A stretch of 38,781 nt of DNA from a virus (IMGVR_UViG_3300033406_000018:1-38781); one strand, 5' to 3'; positions 24,255 to 34,464 are shown, numbered from the stretch's first letter. Numbers and translations are program-made. Notes: generated by a model not told the origin, from the letters alone.

Positions 24255-24434
24255 ATGTTCATCAAGCCCATCTCGGGCCGGCGCGTGCCGGATCCCGAAA
24301 AGGGCGGCGTCCTGCCGCCCGAAGGTCGTCCCGTTGCCGACCTAGACCAGTACTGGCTGCGCCGCATCGCCGACGGCGATGTCGTCACGGTCGACCAGCA
24401 ATCCAAGCCCGCCAAAGGGAGCAAAGCCAAATGA
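24255..24434 (+). CDS. DUF2635-like small protein (59 aa; not in ORF track)
   Basis: AGGAG SD; MFIKPISGRRVPDP...YWLRRIADGDV; ATGA-coupled to the sheath. Confidence 0.8.
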   Translation: MFIKPISGRRVPDPEKGGVLPPEGRPVADLDQYWLRRIADGDVVTVDQQSKPAKGSKAK

Positions 24435-25924
24435 TCAGCTACAGCAACATCCCGGCCTCGATCCGGGTCCCCTTGTTCTACGCCGAGGTCGATAACTCGC
24501 AGGCCGGCTACTTCGAGCAGAACCTCAAGACCCTGCTGATCGGCCAGAAGCTGGTCGCCGGCAGTGCTGCCGCTAATGTGCCGATGCTGGTTTCGCGCAC
24601 CGACGAAGCGCGTGTGCTGTTCGGCCAGGGCTCTATGCTGGCCCGCATGCACGAGGTCTATCGTGCCAACGACGACTTCGGCGAGATCTGGTGCGTCGCC
24701 ATCGATGATGCTGAAGCTGGCGTCGCCGCTACCGGCACGGTCGTGCTCACCGGTGCCGCCACCGCGGTCGGTGCGCTGAACCTGTACATCGGTGCCCAGC
24801 GCGTGCAGCTGGCCGTGGCCGCCAACGAGGCCGCCGCCGCCGTGGCCACCGCGCTCGCCGCAGCGATCAACGCCAATGGCGAGCTGCCGGTCACCGCCGG
24901 CGTGGCTGCCGGCACCGTCACGCTCACCGCCCGGCACAAGGGCGAGGCCGGCAACGCGATCCGCCTGCAGCTCAACTACCGTGGCAACTTGGGCGGCGAA
25001 TCGACGCCGGCCGGCCTGGGGGTGGCGCTCAATGCCATGAACGGTGGTGCGACCAATCCGAGTCTGACGGCGGCTCTGGCGGCGCTGGGGGACGAGGAGT
25101 TCGACTTCATCGTCGAACCCTACACCGACACCGGTACGCTGGATGCCTTCGGCGCGCTGATGAACGACACCACTGGCCGCTGGTCCTGGTCCAAGCAGCT
25201 CTATGGCCATGTGTACGCCGCCAAGCCTGGCACGCTGGTCGGCATCACCACGCTGACCAGCGCCCGCAACGACCAGCACGTCACCATCGCCGGCTACGAA
25301 GCCGAGGTGCCGAACACGCCTTGGGAGTACGCCGCCGCCTATGGTGCGCGCAACGCCAAGTTCATCGCCATCGACCCGGCACGGCCGACGCAGACCGGCG
25401 AGCTGATCGGCATCCTGCCAGCGCCGCAGGAAAAGCGCTTCCTGATCTCGGAGCGCCAGACACTGCTGACCAACGGCGCGGCCACCAGCTACGTCGGTGG
25501 CGGTGCGGTGCGCGTCGAGCGGGCGATCACCACTTACCAGGTCAATCTCTGGAACCAGCCGGACCCCAGCTACCTTGACAGCGAGACGCTGCACACGCTG
25601 GCCTATGTGCTGCGCAACCTCCGCTACCGGATTACGCAGAAGTACCCGCGCCACAAGCTGGCCAACGACGGTACCCGCTTCGGCGCCGGCCAGGCCATTG
25701 TCACGCCCAAGGTCATCCGCGCCGAGCTGGCCGCGGCCTATGCCGAGATGGAAGCCAACGGCATCGTCGAGAACGCCGACCTGTTCGCCCAGAACCTGAT
25801 CGTCGAGCGCGATGCCAGCAACCCGAACCGCCTGAACGTGCTGTTCCCGCCGGACCTGGTCAACCAGCTGCGCGTCTTCGCCGTGCTGGCCCAGTTCCGC
25901 CTGCAATACCCCGCCACTGCCTGA
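24431..25924 (+). CDS. Tail sheath protein (Mu gpL-like)
   Basis: IRVPLFYAEVDNS, FGQGSMLARM, DPARPTQT, RHKLANDG, PPDLVNQLRVFA. Confidence 0.95.
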   Translation: MISYSNIPASIRVPLFYAEVDNSQAGYFEQNLKTLLIGQKLVAGSAAANVPMLVSRTDEARVLFGQGSMLARMHEVYRANDDFGEIWCVAIDDAEAGVAATGTVVLTGAATAVGALNLYIGAQRVQLAVAANEAAAAVATALAAAINANGELPVTAGVAAGTVTLTARHKGEAGNAIRLQLNYRGNLGGESTPAGLGVALNAMNGGATNPSLTAALAALGDEEFDFIVEPYTDTGTLDAFGALMNDTTGRWSWSKQLYGHVYAAKPGTLVGITTLTSARNDQHVTIAGYEAEVPNTPWEYAAAYGARNAKFIAIDPARPTQTGELIGILPAPQEKRFLISERQTLLTNGAATSYVGGGAVRVERAITTYQVNLWNQPDPSYLDSETLHTLAYVLRNLRYRITQKYPRHKLANDGTRFGAGQAIVTPKVIRAELAAAYAEMEANGIVENADLFAQNLIVERDASNPNRLNVLFPPDLVNQLRVFAVLAQFRLQYPATA

Positions 25925-25933
25925 TAGGAGTCA

Positions 25934-26299
25934 ATGAACATGGCAAAACGTGTCGCCGGAATCTGCTGGGTCAAAGCCGATTCCGCTCAACTGGAAGTGC
26001 AGGGCGGGGTCGAGTGCCCCGCCTCCGATACCAACCGCGAAACGGTGATGGGCAGTGGCGGCCCAGCCGGCTACAAGGAAACTGCCCGCGTTCCGTACAT
26101 CAAGCTGACGGCCATCGTGACGCCGGATTTCCCGCGCAAGACGCTGGCCGAATCCACCGACATGACGATCACCGCCGAACTGGCCAACGGCACGACCTAC
26201 GTGCTGTCCGGCGCCTACATGGTCGGTGAGCCGGCCATCAATGGCGAAGAGGGCACGATCGAGCTGCAGTTCGAAGGCACGAAGGGAATCTGGCAATGA
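25934..26299 (+). CDS. Tail tube protein (Mu gpM-like)
   Basis: RVAGICWVK, TITAELANG, ELQFEG; follows the sheath. Confidence 0.88.
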   Translation: MNMAKRVAGICWVKADSAQLEVQGGVECPASDTNRETVMGSGGPAGYKETARVPYIKLTAIVTPDFPRKTLAESTDMTITAELANGTTYVLSGAYMVGEPAINGEEGTIELQFEGTKGIWQ

Positions 26300-26586
26300 G
26301 CGAGGTAACCATCTCCCTGACCAAGCCGGTCACCGCGCATGGTGCCGAAATCGACCAGCTGACTCTGCGCGAGCCGAACGGCGGCGACGTCGAGCACTGC
26401 GGCTATCCGCTGGCCATCAACGGTGCCAGCGTGATTCCGCAGGCAGCCGCGGTCAGCAAGCTGATCGCCCGCTTGTCCGGCATCCCGCCGTCGTCCGTCA
26501 AGCAACTGTCCATGCCCGACTACAACGCGGCGATGGGGGCTGTTCTCGGTTTTTTCGGCGGTACGGACGCGCCGGCGACGAACTGA
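26296..26586 (+). CDS. Tail assembly chaperone (Mu gp41 / P2 gpE-like)
   Basis: LTKPV..HG, LTLREP, IPPSSV..L...DY...FF. Confidence 0.85.
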   Translation: MSEVTISLTKPVTAHGAEIDQLTLREPNGGDVEHCGYPLAINGASVIPQAAAVSKLIARLSGIPPSSVKQLSMPDYNAAMGAVLGFFGGTDAPATN

Positions 26587-26720
26587 TCGACCTCGCCTTC
26601 GAGCTGGCCTGCTTCTGGAAGGTCAGCCCGACCGAAACCATGGCCCTGCCGCTCTCTCGCCTCCTGGCGTGGGAGCGGCAGGCCGAACGCATCAACAAGG
26701 AGCTGAAAGATGGCGGGTAA
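26550..26720 (+). other. Programmed -1 frameshift site (T TTT TTC) and chaperone extension
   Basis: Slippery heptamer 26550-26556; -1 frame continues ...FELACFWKVSPTETMALPLSRLLAWERQAERIN to 26720. Confidence 0.75.
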
Positions 26721-28311
26721 TGCCTACCTAAAGGCCGTGATCTCTGCGGTCGACAAGCTGTCGCCGGTGTTGAAGAACATCAATCGGGCCAGCCGGGCGA
26801 CCAAGAAGGCGGTGTCGGAGATCGGCAACGCTGGCGCCCAGCTGCGCGACACGTTGGGCGGTATCGTCGCGCCACTCGGGGCCGTGGTCGGCCTCGGCGC
26901 GGCGGCTGGCTTCGGTGGGCTGGTTGGTAAGGTGGTGCAGACGTCTGCACAGTTCGAGAAGTTCCAGACCATCCTGGAGACGATCGAAGGCAGCAGCGAC
27001 AAGGCCAAGGCCAGCATGGGCTGGGTCAGCGACTTCGCGACCAAGACGCCCTACGAGCTGCAGGAGGTAACGGACGCCTTCGTCAAGCTCAAGGCCTACG
27101 GCATCGATCCGCAAAGCGGTGCCCTCAAGTCGGCCGGCGATGCCGCGGCGGCGATGGGCAAGCCGCTCGAGCAGGCCGTCGAAGCGCTGGCCGATGCAAT
27201 GACCGGCGAGAACGAGCGGCTCAAGGAGTTCGGTATCAAGGCCGCCAAGGTGGGCGAGAAGATCGTCTATACCTGGACGGAAAACGGCAAGACCATGGCC
27301 GCCAAGGTGGACGCCAACAACAAGGCCATGATCCAGAGCACCCTCCAGGGCATCTGGAACAAGCGCTACGGCGGCGCCATGGACAAGCTGGCTGGCACCT
27401 GGGACGGCATGTTTTCCAACCTAAAGGACAGCGTCGCCCGCTTCCTGCTGTCGGTCGGCGATGCCGGCCTGTTCGGCTTTCTCAAGACCGAACTGGGCGG
27501 GCTGCTGGAAAGGCTCAACCAGATGGCTGATGACGGCAGCCTCAAGGCGTTGGCACAAACCATCTCCGATGAGCTCGTCGGCGCCTTCCGGGAAATGAAA
27601 AGCTGGGTCGATGCTGTCGACTGGAAGGGTGTCTGGCAGGACATCAAGGATGTGGCGGCGGGAATCAAGTCCGTCGTCGAGGCGATCGGCGGCATCAAGG
27701 GGGTAGCCATCGCCTTCGGCGCCATCCTTGCGGTCAACATCCTGGCGCCGGTGTATTTGATCGGCGCGGCGCTGCTGAAACTGGGTGTGAGTCTGGTCGC
27801 GGCCGTCGGCGGCTGGTCGGCAATCGGCGGCGCGATCCTGGGGGTCGGTAAGGCCATCGCGATTGTCGGCCGGCTGTTCCTGCTCAACCCGATCGGATTG
27901 GCGATCTCGGCCATCGTTGCCGCCGGCTGGCTGCTCTACGACAACTGGGAAACGATCAAGGGCTGGTTCGTCGATTTTTTCAACTGGTTGCCGGACAAGA
28001 TCCGCGAAATGGCCAGTTGGCTCAAGTCACTGGTGCCTGACTGGCTGGGCGGCGGCTCGGTGAATGTTACGCAGCAGCAGGTCGGCGGGGCGGCGTCGGC
28101 GCCAGCTCTGCTGGGCGGTGGTGGTCGTCCGTCGATCCTGCGGCAGATGGCCGGCCAGCCTGGTCGCACCGATGTCCAGGGCGAAATGCTGGTCCGCTTC
28201 GAAAACGCCCCGGCCGGCATGCGCGTGGCACCTGGCAAGACCAATCAACCTGGGCTGGCGATGAATCCTGACGTCGGCTATTCGAGCAACGCACTGGTAG
28301 GGGCTTATTGA
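26710..28311 (+). CDS. Tail tape measure protein (533 aa)
   Basis: LKAVISAVDKLS, FATKTPYEL, ENERLKEFGI, NPIGLAI, YDNWETIK. Confidence 0.9.
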   Translation: MAGNAYLKAVISAVDKLSPVLKNINRASRATKKAVSEIGNAGAQLRDTLGGIVAPLGAVVGLGAAAGFGGLVGKVVQTSAQFEKFQTILETIEGSSDKAKASMGWVSDFATKTPYELQEVTDAFVKLKAYGIDPQSGALKSAGDAAAAMGKPLEQAVEALADAMTGENERLKEFGIKAAKVGEKIVYTWTENGKTMAAKVDANNKAMIQSTLQGIWNKRYGGAMDKLAGTWDGMFSNLKDSVARFLLSVGDAGLFGFLKTELGGLLERLNQMADDGSLKALAQTISDELVGAFREMKSWVDAVDWKGVWQDIKDVAAGIKSVVEAIGGIKGVAIAFGAILAVNILAPVYLIGAALLKLGVSLVAAVGGWSAIGGAILGVGKAIAIVGRLFLLNPIGLAISAIVAAGWLLYDNWETIKGWFVDFFNWLPDKIREMASWLKSLVPDWLGGGSVNVTQQQVGGAASAPALLGGGGRPSILRQMAGQPGRTDVQGEMLVRFENAPAGMRVAPGKTNQPGLAMNPDVGYSSNALVGAY

Positions 28312-29516
28312 TGGCATGGAAAGACAAGCTGCGGCCGGCCTCGTTCCGTGGCGTGCCGTTCCAGGTAGAGTCCGACGACATGACGGTCGGGCGCCGGGTG
28401 CAGGTGTTCGAGTACCCGCAACGCGACAAGCCGTTCGCCGAGGATCTCGGCCGTGCGGCCCGGGAAATCAACATCCCGGGCTTCATCATCGGGCCGGATT
28501 ACATGGCTGGGCGCGATGCGCTGCTGGCCGCGCTCGAAGCGCCGGGGCCTGGCGCGCTGGTCCATCCCTGGTACGGCTCGCTGCAGGTCATCGCCAAGCC
28601 GGCGCGGGTGGCGCACAGCAACGACGAGGGCGGCCTGTGCCGGTTCTCGCTGGTGTTCGTCGAGGCCGGTGAGCTGCAGTTCCCCGCCTCGAAGTCGGCG
28701 CCAGGCGTCAAGACCGGTCTGGCTGCCGACAAGCTGAGAACGTCGGCGATCACCGATTTCGCCAAGCGCTTTTCCGTCGATGGCCTGCCGTCCTTTGTCT
28801 CGGACGATGCGGTGGCCAAACTCTCCGGCGGCCTCGGTCAGCTCAGTGGCATCGCCGGTCGCGTTGGGCGAATCCTGCAGAGCCCGGTCGACGGGCTGTC
28901 GAGCGAGCTGGGTTCGCTGGTTCGCACGCCGTCCTCGCTGGCTGGGCAGGTCATGGATCTGTTCAGCCTGGGCAAGGGGCTGGCGGCTATGGTTGCCGGC
29001 CGCTTCGGCGACGGCGACGCGGCCAATCACCGCGCCGTGTCCGGCACTGTCGCCGCGGTGGCGAGCTACCCGCCGCCAGCGCAGCCGGTGGCGATGGTGA
29101 CGCCCGCCCGGCAGCAGATGATCGACAACGCTGATGCGGTCAATGCACTGCTGCGCCAGGCGCTGCTGGTGCAAGCGACGAGCATGGTGGCGGCGATGCC
29201 GCTGCCGGTGCATGACGATGCCGTGGCGCTGCGCCGCGACCTGGCCAAGGCGCTGGACGCGGAATCGCTGACCGCCGACGACGTGCTCTATACGGTGTTG
29301 CAGGACGCACGTGCCGCCGTGCATCAGGATATCGGCGAGCGCCTGGACGGCGCCGCGCGGCTGCAGCTGGTGACGCCAGCCGAACCGCTGCCGGCCCTGG
29401 TGCTGGCCTACGAGCTGTACGAAGACGTGGCGCGCGACGGTGAGATTACGGCGCGCAACAAGATTCACCATCCCGGCTTCGTGCCGGCCGAACCTCTGAA
29501 GGTACTTTCCGCATGA
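28311..29516 (+). CDS. DNA circularization / tail protein (Mu gp43-like)
   Basis: LRPASFRGVPF, EYPQRD...EDLGR, LVHPWYG, RNKIHHPGFVP. Confidence 0.9.
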   Translation: MAWKDKLRPASFRGVPFQVESDDMTVGRRVQVFEYPQRDKPFAEDLGRAAREINIPGFIIGPDYMAGRDALLAALEAPGPGALVHPWYGSLQVIAKPARVAHSNDEGGLCRFSLVFVEAGELQFPASKSAPGVKTGLAADKLRTSAITDFAKRFSVDGLPSFVSDDAVAKLSGGLGQLSGIAGRVGRILQSPVDGLSSELGSLVRTPSSLAGQVMDLFSLGKGLAAMVAGRFGDGDAANHRAVSGTVAAVASYPPPAQPVAMVTPARQQMIDNADAVNALLRQALLVQATSMVAAMPLPVHDDAVALRRDLAKALDAESLTADDVLYTVLQDARAAVHQDIGERLDGAARLQLVTPAEPLPALVLAYELYEDVARDGEITARNKIHHPGFVPAEPLKVLSA

Positions 29517-30631
29517 GCATCGATCCGCGCAACCTGGTGCGCCTGCGCATCAACGGCACTGACTATGGCGGCTGGCTATCGGTCGAGATCGCCGCCGGCG
29601 TTGAGCGCGTGGCGCGAGATTTTCGGCTCAGCGTGACCGACCGCTGGCCGGGGTCCGGCGAGCTGGTGCAGCGCATCAAGCCCTTCGACCGCTGCGAGGT
29701 CTGGATCGGCAGCGACAAGGTGCTGACCGGTAGCGTCGATGCCATCCCGGTCAATTACGACGACCAGCAGGTATCGGTGTCGATTGCCGGGCGTAGCATC
29801 ACTGCCGACCTGGTCGATTGCGCGGCGATCAATGAGCCCGGGCAGTGGCGCGGCCTGCGCCTCGAGGCGATCGCCAAGGCGCTGGCTGGCGAATACGACA
29901 TCGCGGTCGTCACCGATGCCAATACCGGAGCGGCGATCGCCGAGCACCAGATCCAGCAGGGCGAGACGGCGTTCGAATCGCTCGATCGCCTGCTCAAGTT
30001 GCGCCAGGTGCTGGCCACCGACGATGCCGATGGTCGACTGGTGCTGACCGTTCCCAGCCGCGTCCGCGCGGTCGACGCGCTCGAGCTCGGGGAAAACGTG
30101 CTCAAGGCCGATGCTGGTTTCGATTTCAAGGACGTGTTCAGTCAATACCGCGTCAAGGGACAGCGCTCTGGCACCGACGAAGCCTATGGCCAAGCCTGTA
30201 GCGCGGTGGCCGATGAGCGCGATGCCAACATCCCTCGCCGGCGCGTGATGCTGGTGCGCCAGCAGGGACAGAGCGACGGCGGCAGCTGCAGCCGGCGAGC
30301 GACCTACGAGCGCGCCAGGCGCCTGACCAAGGCGCTCGAGACAACCTACACCGTGCAGGGCTGGCGGCAGAGTGACGGTTCGCTGTGGTTGCCAAATCGC
30401 ATCGTGCGCGTGCGCGACAGCCTGCTGCGGCTGGATCGCGACATGCTGATCGCCGAGGTGACCTACCGGCTCGACGAGAGCGGCACGACCTGCACGCTGC
30501 GCGTCGGCCCGCCGGAAGGCTACGAAGCCGAGCCGCCTGAAGTGGCTGCCGAGAAAAAGCGCAAGGCGGCTGGGGCCGATATCAGTGGCGTTGACCAGTG
30601 GGTCAGCTTCTGGCCGGGAGACAAGAAATGA
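29513..30631 (+). CDS. Baseplate hub protein (Mu gp44-like)
   Basis: YGGW.SV.I, GRS.TADLVDC, GETAF, GWRQSDGSLW.PN. Confidence 0.9.
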   Translation: MSIDPRNLVRLRINGTDYGGWLSVEIAAGVERVARDFRLSVTDRWPGSGELVQRIKPFDRCEVWIGSDKVLTGSVDAIPVNYDDQQVSVSIAGRSITADLVDCAAINEPGQWRGLRLEAIAKALAGEYDIAVVTDANTGAAIAEHQIQQGETAFESLDRLLKLRQVLATDDADGRLVLTVPSRVRAVDALELGENVLKADAGFDFKDVFSQYRVKGQRSGTDEAYGQACSAVADERDANIPRRRVMLVRQQGQSDGGSCSRRATYERARRLTKALETTYTVQGWRQSDGSLWLPNRIVRVRDSLLRLDRDMLIAEVTYRLDESGTTCTLRVGPPEGYEAEPPEVAAEKKRKAAGADISGVDQWVSFWPGDKK

Positions 30632-31188
30632 GCCGTGGATTAGGCCGGGTCCTGGCGCCGCTGGCGCGCGGGCTGCAAAACCTGTTCAGCCGCGGTGTCG
30701 TCTCGGCGGTCAATGCCGGGCTCAAGATGCAGACGGTGCAGATTCAGCTGCTGGCCGGTGAGGGCAAGGACAACGTCGAGCACTTCGAGTCCTACGGCTA
30801 CACAGCGCACGCGCTGCCCGGGGCCGAGGCGGCGGTCGGTTTCGTCGATGGCGATCGCTCGCACGGCATCGCGCTGGCGGTAGTTGATCGGCGCTTTCGC
30901 CTGGTCGGCCTGGCGGCCGGCGAGGTGGCGATCTATGACGACCAGGGACAGAAGGTGCATCTGACGCGTAACGGTATCGTCATCGATGGTGCTGGCCTGC
31001 CCATCCTGCTGACCAACGCGCCGAAGGTGCGAGCCGATGTGCCGCTGCTCGAATGCACTGGCGACATCAAGGACCGCTGCGAACAAGGCGGGCGAACGAT
31101 GGCCGGCATGCGGGATATCTACAACGGCCACAACCATCCGGAAAACGATAGCGGTGGTCCTACCGATCAACCGAACCAGGATATGTAA
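30628..31188 (+). CDS. Baseplate spike protein (Mu gp45 / gpV-like)
   Basis: VEHFESYG, GDRSHGI, GEVAIYDDQG, C-terminal HNH metal-binding tip. Confidence 0.9.
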   Translation: MSRGLGRVLAPLARGLQNLFSRGVVSAVNAGLKMQTVQIQLLAGEGKDNVEHFESYGYTAHALPGAEAAVGFVDGDRSHGIALAVVDRRFRLVGLAAGEVAIYDDQGQKVHLTRNGIVIDGAGLPILLTNAPKVRADVPLLECTGDIKDRCEQGGRTMAGMRDIYNGHNHPENDSGGPTDQPNQDM

Positions 31189-31628
31189 TGACCGCACTCG
31201 TACAAGACCTGTCCGTCATCGTCGACGGCGTGGACGGCTCGCCGCTGGTCGACGATGACCCGCTGATCCGCGCGGTGATCATCAGCCTCTTCACCTGGCG
31301 CCGTGCCAATCCGGACGATCCGGTCGACGGCGGCCGGCAGGGCTGGTGGGGCGATGCCGCGGCCGGCGTCAATGGCGATCGCATCGGCTCGCGGCTGTGG
31401 CTGCTTGGCCGCGAAAAGATGCTGCCAGAAACCTTTAACCGCGCCCGCGAATACGCCAGCGAGGCGCTGCAATGGCTGGTTGATGACCAGGTCGCGGCGG
31501 CCGTCGAGGTCGCCGTTGAACGCTACGGCATGGCCGGCATGGCGCTGGTCGTCACCATCAGCCGCGCCGACCGCCGGCTCACCGAGCTGCGCTTTGCCGA
31601 TGTCTGGCAGCGCTTGCAAAACCAGTAA
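31188..31628 (+). CDS. Baseplate protein (Mu gp46-like)
   Basis: AVIISLFTWRRA, GWWGD, GSRLWLL.REK, EALQWL. Confidence 0.9.
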   Translation: MTALVQDLSVIVDGVDGSPLVDDDPLIRAVIISLFTWRRANPDDPVDGGRQGWWGDAAAGVNGDRIGSRLWLLGREKMLPETFNRAREYASEALQWLVDDQVAAAVEVAVERYGMAGMALVVTISRADRRLTELRFADVWQRLQNQ

Positions 31629-31637
31629 GGAGTATTC

Positions 31638-32693
31638 ATGGCTTTCGCTCGCCCGACCCTGACCGAGCTGATCAACCGCACGCTGGCCGATACTACTTCG
31701 CGCCTGTCCGCTGACGAACTGCTGCGCCGTGCCGATGCCGAAGTGCTGGCGCGCGTGCTGGCCGGTGCTGCCCACGGCCTCTACGGCTACATCGACTGGC
31801 TGTCGCGCCAGATCCTGCCCGACACCTCGGAGGCCGAGTGGCTCGAACGCCACGCCTCGCTGTGGCTGATGGAGGGGCGTAAGCTGGCTGCCGCGGCTAC
31901 CGGGACGGTGAACTTTACTGGCATCAGCGGCAGCGTCGTGCCAGCCGGCACCGTGCTGCAAACCGCGGCCGGCGTGCAGGTGGCGACCACCGAGGAAGTT
32001 ACGCTAGCCGCCAGCACTGGCAGCGCCGCTGCCGCTGCGGTCGACGCCGGCGCCGCCGGCAATCTCGTCGCCGGGACGCCGTTGTCGCTGGTCTCGCCGA
32101 TCGCCGGCGTGCAGTCGGCGGCGACCGTCGCCAGCGGAGGCCTGGTCGGCGGTTCCGATATCGAGGACGACGAGGCGCTGCGCGGCCGCGTCATTAGTCG
32201 CATCCAGCAGCCGCCGCAGGGCGGCTGCGCCTACGACTACGAGGCTTGGGCGCTGCAGGTGGAAGGCGTCACCCGCGCCTGGGTCAATCCTCAGGAACTC
32301 GGACTTGGTACGGTGACCATCCGTTTCGTGCGTGACGATGATACCAGCCTGATCCCAGATGCCGGCGAGGTGGCCGTGGTGCAGGCGCACCTCGAAGCGC
32401 TGCGGCCGGTGACGGCGCAGGTCACTGTGGTGGCGCCGGTGGCTGTGCCGCTCGACCTGACGATCACCGACCTGGTGCCGGACACGGCGGCCGTGCGCGC
32501 TTCGATCGAAGTGGAGGTTGCCGACCTGCTGCGCCGTGAGGCGGTGCCGGGCGGCACGATTCTGATCAGCCGCTTGCGCGAAGCGATCAGCATCGCCGCC
32601 GGTGAAGCCGATCATGCGCTGACCAGCCCGACGGCCAATATTTCGCACGACGCCGGCCAGCTGGCAATTCTGGGAACCATCACATGGGCCTGA
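31638..32693 (+). CDS. Baseplate J protein (Mu gp47-like)
   Basis: RPTLTELI, QILPDT, PPQGG..DY..WA..V.GVTRAW, RPVTA. Confidence 0.92.
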   Translation: MAFARPTLTELINRTLADTTSRLSADELLRRADAEVLARVLAGAAHGLYGYIDWLSRQILPDTSEAEWLERHASLWLMEGRKLAAAATGTVNFTGISGSVVPAGTVLQTAAGVQVATTEEVTLAASTGSAAAAAVDAGAAGNLVAGTPLSLVSPIAGVQSAATVASGGLVGGSDIEDDEALRGRVISRIQQPPQGGCAYDYEAWALQVEGVTRAWVNPQELGLGTVTIRFVRDDDTSLIPDAGEVAVVQAHLEALRPVTAQVTVVAPVAVPLDLTITDLVPDTAAVRASIEVEVADLLRREAVPGGTILISRLREAISIAAGEADHALTSPTANISHDAGQLAILGTITWA

Positions 32694-33274
32694 CTTCCAC
32701 CGACTACCTGCGTCAGCTGCAAGCGCTGCTGCCGCCCGGGCCGGCTTGGCCGACGGATGACGCCGCGCTGCTGTCGCGGCAGCTTGGCGCACTGGCCGTC
32801 GAGCTGGCCCGCGTCGACGGGCGTGCTCTGCAGGTGCTGGAAGAGGCGGATCCGCGCAGCGTCGGCGAACTGTTCGCCGATGTCGAGCGTGTCGCTGGTC
32901 TGCCGGATGCCTGCGCCGAGGCCTTCGGCGGTGAGCAGGCCATGGCCCAGCGCCGCGCCGCCCTGATCGGCCGTCTAACGACGCTGGGCGGTCAGTCGCC
33001 GGCCTACTTCATTGGCCTGGCCGCAGCGCTCGGCTACGCCATCACGATCACAGAATTTCATGCGCACACCGTCAATGACGACGTCGAGTGCTCGCTTTAC
33101 GACGTTCATTGGAATTTCGCTTGGCAAGTGAATGCCGCGCTCAATACGGTGACCGACATCACTGTCGAGAGCACGGTGGAAGACCCGATTGCCACTTGGG
33201 GGAATGCCTTGCTTGAGTGCGTGATCAATCGCCTCAAGCCGGCGCATACCTCTGTTCTGTTTAGTTACACCTAA
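32684..33274 (+). CDS. Baseplate wedge protein (Mu gp48 / YmfQ-like)
   Basis: LQALLPPGPAW, GLPD.C, LGYAITITE, LEC.INRLKPAHT. Confidence 0.9.
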   Translation: MGLTSTDYLRQLQALLPPGPAWPTDDAALLSRQLGALAVELARVDGRALQVLEEADPRSVGELFADVERVAGLPDACAEAFGGEQAMAQRRAALIGRLTTLGGQSPAYFIGLAAALGYAITITEFHAHTVNDDVECSLYDVHWNFAWQVNAALNTVTDITVESTVEDPIATWGNALLECVINRLKPAHTSVLFSYT

Positions 33275-33285
33275 AAGGAGAAAAC

Positions 33286-33930
33286 ATGGATCGCTCATAT
33301 GCATCCGGTGCTGCCGGTACTGCCCCTTCTGCGCCGGCCAGTCCGTCGGTTGGGTATCCGACGGGAGGCAACGCAGGTGCCGGGACGCCGGCCACCAAGC
33401 CAGGAGCGTACTGGTATCACATGATCATGGAAGAGCTGATGGCGATCATTGTAGCGGCCGGCATTACGCCTGCTTCCGGTACGCTAAACCAGTTGCTCCT
33501 GGCGCTGCGGGCCGCCGGTGTTTTTATCACTCAGGCAGTTTCGGACGACAGTACGAGGGTGGCTACCACTGGGTGGGTCCGTGCGGCCATGTCGAACATC
33601 GCGTCAGCCGCCGGGTTTGCTTACAGCTTCTCGGCAAACGGCTACATTAAATTCCCGTCCTGGCTGTGGGGGTGGATCGTTCAGTGGGGACAGATAGCTG
33701 CTCAATCGGTTGGCTCAGGGAGTGCCAATACTGGATCAGTGACATTCCCGCTCGCTTTCCCGAATTCCGTGCTGAGCTGGGGGTCTGGGTCGTTCAATCC
33801 AACCGCAATCTCGTATACGGGGGCCAGCATTTACGGTACGCCGACAAATACCGGAATGTCAGTCGCACTTCAAAATTCATGGACCAGCGCTCAAAACATC
33901 GGCGCTTGGTGGATCGCAATCGGGAAGTAA
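33286..33930 (+). CDS. Short tail fibre protein (214 aa)
   Basis: N-terminal EEL..I..AGITP...NQL..A; NGYIKFP...IVQWG, VTFPLAFPN, WIAIGK. Confidence 0.82.
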   Translation: MDRSYASGAAGTAPSAPASPSVGYPTGGNAGAGTPATKPGAYWYHMIMEELMAIIVAAGITPASGTLNQLLLALRAAGVFITQAVSDDSTRVATTGWVRAAMSNIASAAGFAYSFSANGYIKFPSWLWGWIVQWGQIAAQSVGSGSANTGSVTFPLAFPNSVLSWGSGSFNPTAISYTGASIYGTPTNTGMSVALQNSWTSAQNIGAWWIAIGK

Positions 33931-33939
33931 GGAGCCAGC

Positions 33940-34464
33940 ATGTTTGCAAAATGGGTCAAAGAAGACGGTCGGTTTTCGTTTGCGCTTGATGACAACGGAG
34001 GCGTTGAAATCTCCAGTGATCGGCACGCGGAGCTTTTGGCTGGTGAGGCAGCCGGCAAACGTATTGGCAGCGATGACAATGGATTTCCGGTTCTGTTGGC
34101 TCCTCGAAAAGCGACGGCGGATGAAGTCTGGGCGTGGATCAAAGCCGAGCGCGACCGCCGCACTGACCAGGGGGGCTACAAGGTTGGCGCCAAGTGGTTC
34201 CACTCCGACCAAAAGAGCCGCTCGCAGCAGCTGGGCCTAGTGCTTCTCGGTGCCAACATCCCGGCGAACCTCCAGTGGAAATCCATGGACGGCTCCTTCG
34301 TCGCCATGACGCCGACACTGGCCCAGGAAATTCTTGCTGCCGGCGCCGCCAACGATCAGGCTATCTTCGCCGCCGCCGAAACCCACAAGGCGGCCATGGA
34401 GGCCGGTTCCGAACCGTCGGCCTACAATTTCTCCGGCGGCTGGCCGGCGACCTTCGAGGGGTAA
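33940..34464 (+). CDS. Tail fibre assembly protein (DUF4376-like)
   Basis: GFPVL, IKAERDRR, WFHSD..SR, WKSMDGSFV. Confidence 0.75.
   Translation: MFAKWVKEDGRFSFALDDNGGVEISSDRHAELLAGEAAGKRIGSDDNGFPVLLAPRKATADEVWAWIKAERDRRTDQGGYKVGAKWFHSDQKSRSQQLGLVLLGANIPANLQWKSMDGSFVAMTPTLAQEILAAGAANDQAIFAAAETHKAAMEAGSEPSAYNFSGGWPATFEG

Noticed and set aside
20668-25906. Long antisense ORFs (20668-22638, 24221-25906 and similar)
   Set aside because: Shadows of high-GC3 structural genes; no recognisable motifs
28311-33274. Mu-like transposable phage
   Set aside because: Only the tail genes are Mu-like; no transposase, and serine-integrase att sites define the ends
33286-33930. Tail fibre as a DGR target
   Set aside because: No similarity to TR at its 3' end
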